From contig CAJINV010000087.1 in assembly GCA_905178155.1 (NCBI GenBank), forward strand, positions 4,502 through 10,151: 5,650 bases of DNA. Reading direction: 5' to 3'. Made by a program: the position numbers and the translations under genes. Shown here one piece after another: positions 1-5,650 of the stretch. The stretch's first letter is position 1. Each line of letters starts with the position of its first letter. The notes below the pieces were generated by a model that was not told the origin of the DNA, did not search any database, and saw only the letters and a program-made list of their open reading frames with translations. This DNA is from Amoebophrya sp. A120 (Eukaryota; Protista; Dinoflagellata).

Positions 1-150
1 CACTTCTGCTCAAGAAAATGAATGTACTCGACCGAGTTTAGGGCTTGATGGGTTCTTAAGTATCTGTGCGGCATACCCAACGATATTTTTGCAAATTCAA
101 AGATGACCTCTTCGGGTTTAGGGCTTTCAGTCTCAATACGCAAGAAAAGA
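1..150 (+). repeat. Terminal direct repeat, copy 1 (circular overlap or tandem-unit boundary)
   Basis: 1-150 matches 5501-5650 at 149/150 positions. The only difference is C55 vs T5555. Confidence 0.97.
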
Positions 151-232
151 GAATAGAAGCTAACGGCCTTTGCCACTTCACGAGCGAAGACCGGTGACTG
201 TCGCGATTCATGATGACCGTAGATAGGCACTC

Positions 233-274
233 GTAAGATGAGCTGCGGGAGTCATTGTCTTTCCTCCACCGCAG
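233..274 (+). other. Putative short intron (42 nt)
   Basis: GTAAGA donor, pyrimidine tract tgtctttcctccacc and GCAG acceptor. A second candidate, GTAAGT...CAG (291-346), follows 16 nt later. Confidence 0.3.
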
Positions 275-821
275 CCTTCAATTTGTGAATGTAAGTGCAA
301 GCACAATCTTCATACGCGATGAGTAAGTAGCTGGTTTCTGCGACAGAGTAAGAGCGGACTGAGAGTTTCAGAGTTTTGAGTGAAGCGTAGCTCCCCTTGC
401 CTTTATTTTTCCCCAAGCAAGAAAAATGCGCCACCGCATGTGCGAGCTGCTTCCGCCTTTGATTTTGTATCTAGTTTTCTGGCGCTTGCAATACTTCCGT
501 GCAAGAGCCTTCTATTACTGTGCCGAAACTAAGAGTAACACTTTCACATGATTGATGTGTTGTGGTTCGCAAAAATTAGCCGCGGGAACAAGCAGATATA
601 AGACAAGCGATGAGCATGTCCCTTAGTAGTGAGCCGCGAAGCAAGATGGCGGGCGGCCGGACTATCGACATCGTATCATACTGCAATACAGCCCCTCGCG
701 CCAGCACCTGTCGTGTTTTTTCATGCGAAGGATTCCATCCGGTACCATTCGCTTCTCGGCGGTGGTTCTCGACTACTAAACACGATCGAAGGTCGGATCC
801 AGTGGACCAGTCGGATATGTA

Positions 822-843
822 GTGATGATCGTGATGATCGTGA
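822..843. repeat. Short tandem repeat (gtgatgatc) x2.4
   Basis: gtgatgatc gtgatgatc gtga, read directly from the sequence. Confidence 0.7.
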
Positions 844-3146
844 CAACATGCAACAGGGCAGTCTCCATTAATTTTTACGCTCCTGCAGCTAATACTCGCG
901 CTCAGTGATTATCTACTAGAGCCGATAACAAATCAAGCATGAAAATCCTAGATCGCGCCTTCTTCCTGACCAGTATGCATGCACAAGATTCCGCAAGCTT
1001 CAGTGACGCTGGGCGAAAATCTTTCGACCGAGGGTTTGTTCTCTATCACCTCGCGAACATAGAGCAGATTTACAACAACTTATACGACGAGATCGAAGGT
1101 TGTGTCTTTTAGCGAATCAATTTGACTGCCGGTTTGGGGGCTGGGGTATTCATTCCGATATGTTGAGCGCCACTTGAGGTTGGTGGAAAAGGCCTTTGAG
1201 AAGATACGAAAGGAAATTGACTTTACAAAATGCACTTGCTCGGAATTTGACAGATCTTGCGACGTCATCTACAAGATGGATAAGTAAAAATCAGCAAAGT
1301 CGAGGTGGCGTAATGGAGGGCACGATGGAAGCGGCTAGATCTCCACACTAGTTTGCTCCCAGGACAACGCATGCTACAGATACATCATGAGTCACGGATG
1401 CTGGATCCGTAGAAACTCATTCTGAACAATATGCCTCCAAGTGCCTCCGCGTCCCACTTTGGTTCTCACTATGAAAGTAGAAGCAAGGAGCACGCATGAC
1501 GTCTACAACGTTCTGGTGGGGGTTCGCCACTCATTTCTTTTTTTCTAGATCATGGTTCCAGATACAGGCAAGTGTGATATGGTGAAAAATTACTCAGCGA
1601 TATTTGTAAATGGGCTGTCATCATCCGCCGAAGTAAAATGCTTTTGGCCTTTCCATACAAAGCATTAAATCGCGAACTCGCCAAGACTCGAGGACCCGTA
1701 TCACATTAAAACCGGAACTGAAGGCAGATAATTTCGATTTATGGCAACCAGAAAAGATAAAGATATCATCAACGTCCATGCCGCAGAAAAGTACTTACAA
1801 CGTCGTATGTAGAGCCTGGCTCCAACTGCGGGCTCGCCTTGAAGCGCCGACTTGCCAGCCGCCCGCCCAAGCAAACTGGTGGGGGCGAGGCAAAATTGAT
1901 AGACAGGAAATTTCCGGACAAAAGTATTTTCTGCAGTGCGAACACTTGCGGAGCTGCAACGAGCTGTAGCTCTGCCGCGAAAGCAAATCTGATATCAGTG
2001 AACATTTGATCGAATTGCATACTTCAAAGTATTCCGAGAAAAAAAATGCGTTTAGCTTATTGGTCTTTGCTTGAGTAGGCCTCTTCCGGAGTAGCTTTTT
2101 GTGCGACGCAACCCAGTGTGTGCATAGGGCTTGTATTTAAAAGAAAGTGCTTTATCCGGGCGAGGCTTTTTCCACCTATGGAAAAGGAAGTGCCTTCCGG
2201 GGCAGATGTCATGTTTATGCGACGTGTCGGGGCCGTTCCTACACCCAGTGTGTGCCTTCGCTGGCAGTACGTAGTCCAAATCTAGAGCGGCGCACTTTTG
2301 TTTCTTGATACTGCTACAGCAGTCAAAGCGATTATCTCCGGTAAGAAAATTTTTGTTTTTTCTCATGTTTCGAAGGCTAGTTTCAGCTCCTCGCCCGTTT
2401 TCATTTACGCATTCGTATTTTCAGTTTCTTGATACAGTGATGCAAGCCGTGATAAAATTACAGCATCTCCGGCACGCGACTTTCCTCATCCGCATCAGCA
2501 AAAAAGATGTTCGTGCTTTTGTCGGCCTTCAAGTATTGACCACAAAGCAAGCTCTCCGCCCCAGAACGCATAATTTTTTGATATCACGCAACGTTTACAA
2601 GCGGCGTGCACCAGAGCCGCGATTTCTTGACTTCGAAAATAAGCATGGGATTTATGCGCTTTTCTGAGAACAAAAAAGGTAATCTGGTCGACGATTGTCA
2701 AGTCCCAGAATCACACTCGACATGCAAGAGTGACATTCTACATGTGAAAACTTGTCAAGTGGGTACGCACAAGCAGATAGTCAATGTCCTGTTTGCAGAA
2801 AGTGACTGCATGTGACAGAATTGATGCTCCTGCTCGTCTTGAGGGGTCATCACGAAGACGTTGCACCTCTTTCCAGGGCGGGATTGTTTTCAGCCTGATC
2901 CCGATGTTTTTGGAGAGTGCGTTGCAGAGCATGTCATTGAACACGCTCTAGAGATGTCTTCCGATGCGGAGATATCACCCGAAGGATTTGCTCCAACCCA
3001 GACTCCAGGACAGTTGTGGAAATTTCTGAAGAACTGAGTAAGCAGGGCCACACAAGATCGCGAGGCATGTTTCGCAGGGAATTTTTGCAAGAGGTGCTTC
3101 CAATAGACGTTCCTGGCGTGAGAATCTGGCCAATGTCACTCGGCAA

Positions 3147-3194
3147 GTAAGTGCAAAAAGAACAACTTGTATAAAAAACCAATGTGACTATCAG
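3147..3194 (+). other. Putative short spliceosomal intron (48 nt)
   Basis: GTAAGT...tgactatcAG, AT-rich. Its removal deletes two in-frame TAA stops and joins EFLQEVLPIDVPGVRIWPMSLG to KHASHSKCLSHVLL in the frame of the main ORF. Confidence 0.45.
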
Positions 3195-3441
3195 GCATGC
3201 TTCCCACAGCAAATGCCTATCCCACGTCCTTCTGTCGGCTTTAGTAATTGTTCTGTTTCTGTGGAAAGGTTACAGTGCTGGAAATGGGAGTAAGTGCCTT
3301 ACAATATCATTTGTATTGCAGACTCGCATCTGGAGCAATTGGTATTGGGCAGAAGCCTTTCCCGTGTGACACAAACACACAGAAGAGCCGGCAGCAGAAG
3401 GACAAATCGACGACACCAAAGCTGCACCAAATGGCGCAAAG

Positions 3442-4476
3442 GTGGAGCAGACGACGGAAGTGTCCAAGTCCAGCCAGGCCCTGGTGGACGGCGCCCCTTC
3501 GTCGTTCTTGGGGGAGGCCAATCACCTCACGCAACAGCAACCGCCGGTGCTCTTCACGAAAAACGATATGGATTTGGTTTACGATCTCCAGCTTTACCTA
3601 TTCCAAGAAAACGCGGTCGACGTTTCTGCTTCCGTGGAGAATCAGAAAGCCAAGAGCGAGAACTTGATCTTGCGGGCCGGATCTGACATCACGCTACAGC
3701 GATTACAGAGCAACGCCATGTGGCCCAAATTGGAGCCCAATGTTGAAAAACTGATGAAGAGCCCGAGTATCCGCTTCTCAGTGCCAGTTCTCGACTTGGC
3801 GGAGTACATGGTTGCTTTTGCGAAGCTGGATAGAAACGATAACAACGAGCTGGATTCAAGCGATTCTGACCCGAGAACGGCCTTCAATTTGCAACCAGCC
3901 CTCGCTGCGTTAAGGCAAGTTTTTTCGGTGATTTCGGGGCAGCGACCACATGAAGGTTCTGAATCGGTGTCCTTTCCGGAATACGTGGAGAGCTGCCGGC
4001 ACATAGCGAGCAGCTTGCGAAATAGTTACGGCGCACGCACAGAAAACGGAGCGTCGTTCCTGGAAGAGCGTCCACATTTCGGAGCAAATCAGTATCTTCA
4101 TCGAGAGACGGAGGATGGGGCGGGGGTCACAACAACTCAGGAATGGGAGGATTTCAAAGTCCGATACGGCCTGGTGAAGCCCTGGACCGATATGAGTCAA
4201 GAGGAAAAAACCGCGTTTATCAAAGGGCTCAGCGACGATGAAAAAAAAGAATTCCGAGACACAATCCATAGGCTTGCAAGGAGAGAAGTGGAGCAACATC
4301 AAAGGGAGGAAGCTGCAAGGCGCGCCAGAGCTCCGTACAGTGGTGACACCACCCGCGGCATGCAGTATGCGGGCCGGGGCGGACCCGGCCAGTTTCCCAT
4401 CTGCCGCCCCACGGGAAACGTGTACCAAAGACCGGAAGGGCAAAGCACCGGGTTGCCATGGTGGCGACGAAATTAG
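3442..4476 (+). CDS. Hypothetical protein (344 aa from GTG; 302 aa from the first in-frame ATG at 3568) with a putative EF-hand-like motif and a C-terminal charged helical region
   Basis: By far the longest ORF; the frame is open from 3370 to the TAG at 4474-4476, with protein-like composition. It contains AFAKL-DRNDNNELDSSD (EF-hand loop pattern) and a degenerate LRQVF...VSFPEYV. The true start is uncertain: ATG 3568 has a Kozak-like context (gatATGg), or this may be an exon of a spliced gene. Confidence 0.8.
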   Translation: MEQTTEVSKSSQALVDGAPSSFLGEANHLTQQQPPVLFTKNDMDLVYDLQLYLFQENAVDVSASVENQKAKSENLILRAGSDITLQRLQSNAMWPKLEPNVEKLMKSPSIRFSVPVLDLAEYMVAFAKLDRNDNNELDSSDSDPRTAFNLQPALAALRQVFSVISGQRPHEGSESVSFPEYVESCRHIASSLRNSYGARTENGASFLEERPHFGANQYLHRETEDGAGVTTTQEWEDFKVRYGLVKPWTDMSQEEKTAFIKGLSDDEKKEFRDTIHRLARREVEQHQREEAARRARAPYSGDTTRGMQYAGRGGPGQFPICRPTGNVYQRPEGQSTGLPWWRRN

Positions 4477-4932
4477 TTGAGAGACGGGATTGGGACACCG
4501 AAGCAGCGTGAGTTTCTTTTCGTTCTTCTTCAACTCGGTCATGTTTATCGCTGTTCGTGCCAAAGTGTCAACAGAGGTCGTCGAATTTATGATGTTGCTC
4601 CATGCTCTCTATTCCGGCCGAGACTCGCCGAACAAAAGGACAAGGTTCAGAATTCTACAGATAGAACGCGAGAAATTAGATTGCTTATTTGTGTATTGTA
4701 GTCAGGTGATGTATTATGCGCTTGCAGTATCATCCCGATTGAGACGCCAGCTTTTTCTAGCAAAGTTGCGCCAGCATCTTGCTTCGCACATCAGCGCCGC
4801 ATCATTTTCATCGGCTTTCGCAACTGCCTTCGCAACGCCGTTGCTCCGTAGTAGCCGGGGTAGTTCCAGATGACAAGGATTCTTCATCCCTGTCGTTCCG
4901 TGAGTGTGGGGGGCAAGCATACCGCGACAACA

Positions 4933-5191
4933 GTCGACCCTCGTCGTGTATTCTCTGTATGGATTCTCGACGAAGTATCGCGATTCGGATTATGGTCGTA
5001 TATTCTTGACGTAGATTCGTGATTTAGATTCTCAAACGTAAATCTTACTCGAGGCAGATCCTCGCTGTAGATTCTCGGTGTAGGTTCTCCTCGTAGAATG
5101 TCCCGGTAGATTATCGGTTTAGGTGATCGGTGTGTGTTCTTGATCGATGTAGAGTCTCGGTTTGAATTGTATTTCGACGGAGTTTGTCGAT
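4933..5191. repeat. Degenerate tandem array of about 19 units of ~13 bp, consensus GTAGATTCTCG(a/g)(t/c)
   Basis: Example units: gtatattcttgac 4998, gtagattcgtgat 5011, gcagatcctcgct 5054, gtagattctcggt 5067, gtaggttctcctc 5080, gtagaatgtcccg 5093, gtagattatcggt 5106, gtagagtctcggt 5149. Most have a 13-nt period; a few units are 14-17 nt. Confidence 0.88.
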
Positions 5192-5345
5192 GGTGGTTCG
5201 CGAAGATTCAAATTTGGTTTTCAATCCAGTTTTCCAGTGTAGATGATCGCTTTAATTTCGCAATTTAGGTTTTCGACCCGGGCTCAAATAAAGCTGCTGA
5301 TAAAGAGATAAAAGCACAAAAAGAATTGGTCACTCGATGAACTCT

Positions 5346-5382
5346 GGTTTTCTGCAGAAAAACCTGGGTTCGAACCGCATGC
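5346..5382. repeat. Cluster of short palindromes immediately upstream of the stem-loop
   Basis: ttttctgcagaaaa (5348-5361, extendable with gg/cc after a 1-nt bulge), ggttcgaacc (5367-5376) and gcatgc (5377-5382). Confidence 0.85.
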
Positions 5383-5385
5383 AAA

Positions 5386-5425
5386 CGGTTTCCGCCACAG
5401 CGCCGGAACGCTGTGGCGGAAACCG
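5386..5425. other. Perfect 17-bp GC-rich inverted repeat (stem-loop/cruciform) with a 6-nt loop
   Basis: cggtttccgccacagcg (5386-5402) is the exact reverse complement of cgctgtggcggaaaccg (5409-5425). The loop is ccggaa. Confidence 0.95.
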
Positions 5426-5500
5426 GAGCTGCGTGGATTGCTGCACTGATTAGCATGCAGCCCAGCAGAAGCACCGTCTACTTCGAATATGAAGGCCGTC

Positions 5501-5650
5501 CACTTCTGCTCAAGAAAATGAATGTACTCGACCGAGTTTAGGGCTTGATGGGTTTTTAAGTATCTGTGCGGCATACCCAACGATATTTTTGCAAATTCAA
5601 AGATGACCTCTTCGGGTTTAGGGCTTTCAGTCTCAATACGCAAGAAAAGA
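5501..5650 (+). repeat. Terminal direct repeat, copy 2; gives a unit length of 5,500 bp
   Basis: Starts cacttctgctcaagaaaatg and ends caatacgcaagaaaaga, as in 1-150. Confidence 0.97.

Noticed and set aside
1-150. LTRs of a retrotransposon
   Set aside because: The repeats end exactly at the window edges, lack TG...CA termini, and enclose no recognisable gag/pol.
252-434. Walker A motif in GKNKGKGS
   Set aside because: The spacing does not match GxxxxGK[ST], and there is no surrounding NTPase context.
1778-1969. F-box-like 'VCRAW' motif
   Set aside because: Only a 5-residue resemblance; the upstream LP..(I/L)L..I part of the F-box is absent.
3910-4563. 217-aa minus-strand ORF and the other ORFs overlapping 3248-4498
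   Set aside because: They are best explained as antisense or alternate-frame shadows of the 344-aa ORF, with no recognisable motifs.
4933-5191. CRISPR array
   Set aside because: Units are 13 bp, contiguous and degenerate, with no unique spacers, and there are no cas genes.
5386-5425. Rho-independent terminator or Helitron 3' hairpin
   Set aside because: There is no substantial U tract, no gene ends just upstream, and no CTRR follows on either strand.
1-5500. CRESS-DNA virus, polyomavirus or rolling-circle plasmid
   Set aside because: The size fits, but there is no Rep/helicase motif set, no capsid-like ORF and no nonanucleotide in the hairpin loop.
1-5500. Element-wide TGA=Trp genetic code
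   Set aside because: The 344-aa ORF uses only TGG for Trp, and in the frames I read by hand, TGA readthrough produced no recognisable proteins.

Overview
This window is low in coding density and does not look prokaryotic. Bases 1-150 recur at 5501-5650 with one mismatch, so it is either a complete 5,500-bp circle or one unit of a tandem array. There is one convincing long ORF (3442..4476, +), an orphan protein with an EF-hand-like loop and a C-terminal charged helical repeat. A structured block at about 4930-5430 holds about 19 degenerate 13-bp direct repeats, then a run of palindromes and a perfect GC-rich 17-bp stem-loop, an arrangement resembling a replication origin or control region. I recognise no Rep, helicase, capsid, transposase, RT or integrase. 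Several 32-67 nt GT(A/G)AG...YAG segments on the + strand suggest eukaryotic DNA with short introns and possibly decayed exons. The host cannot be identified from the sequence alone.
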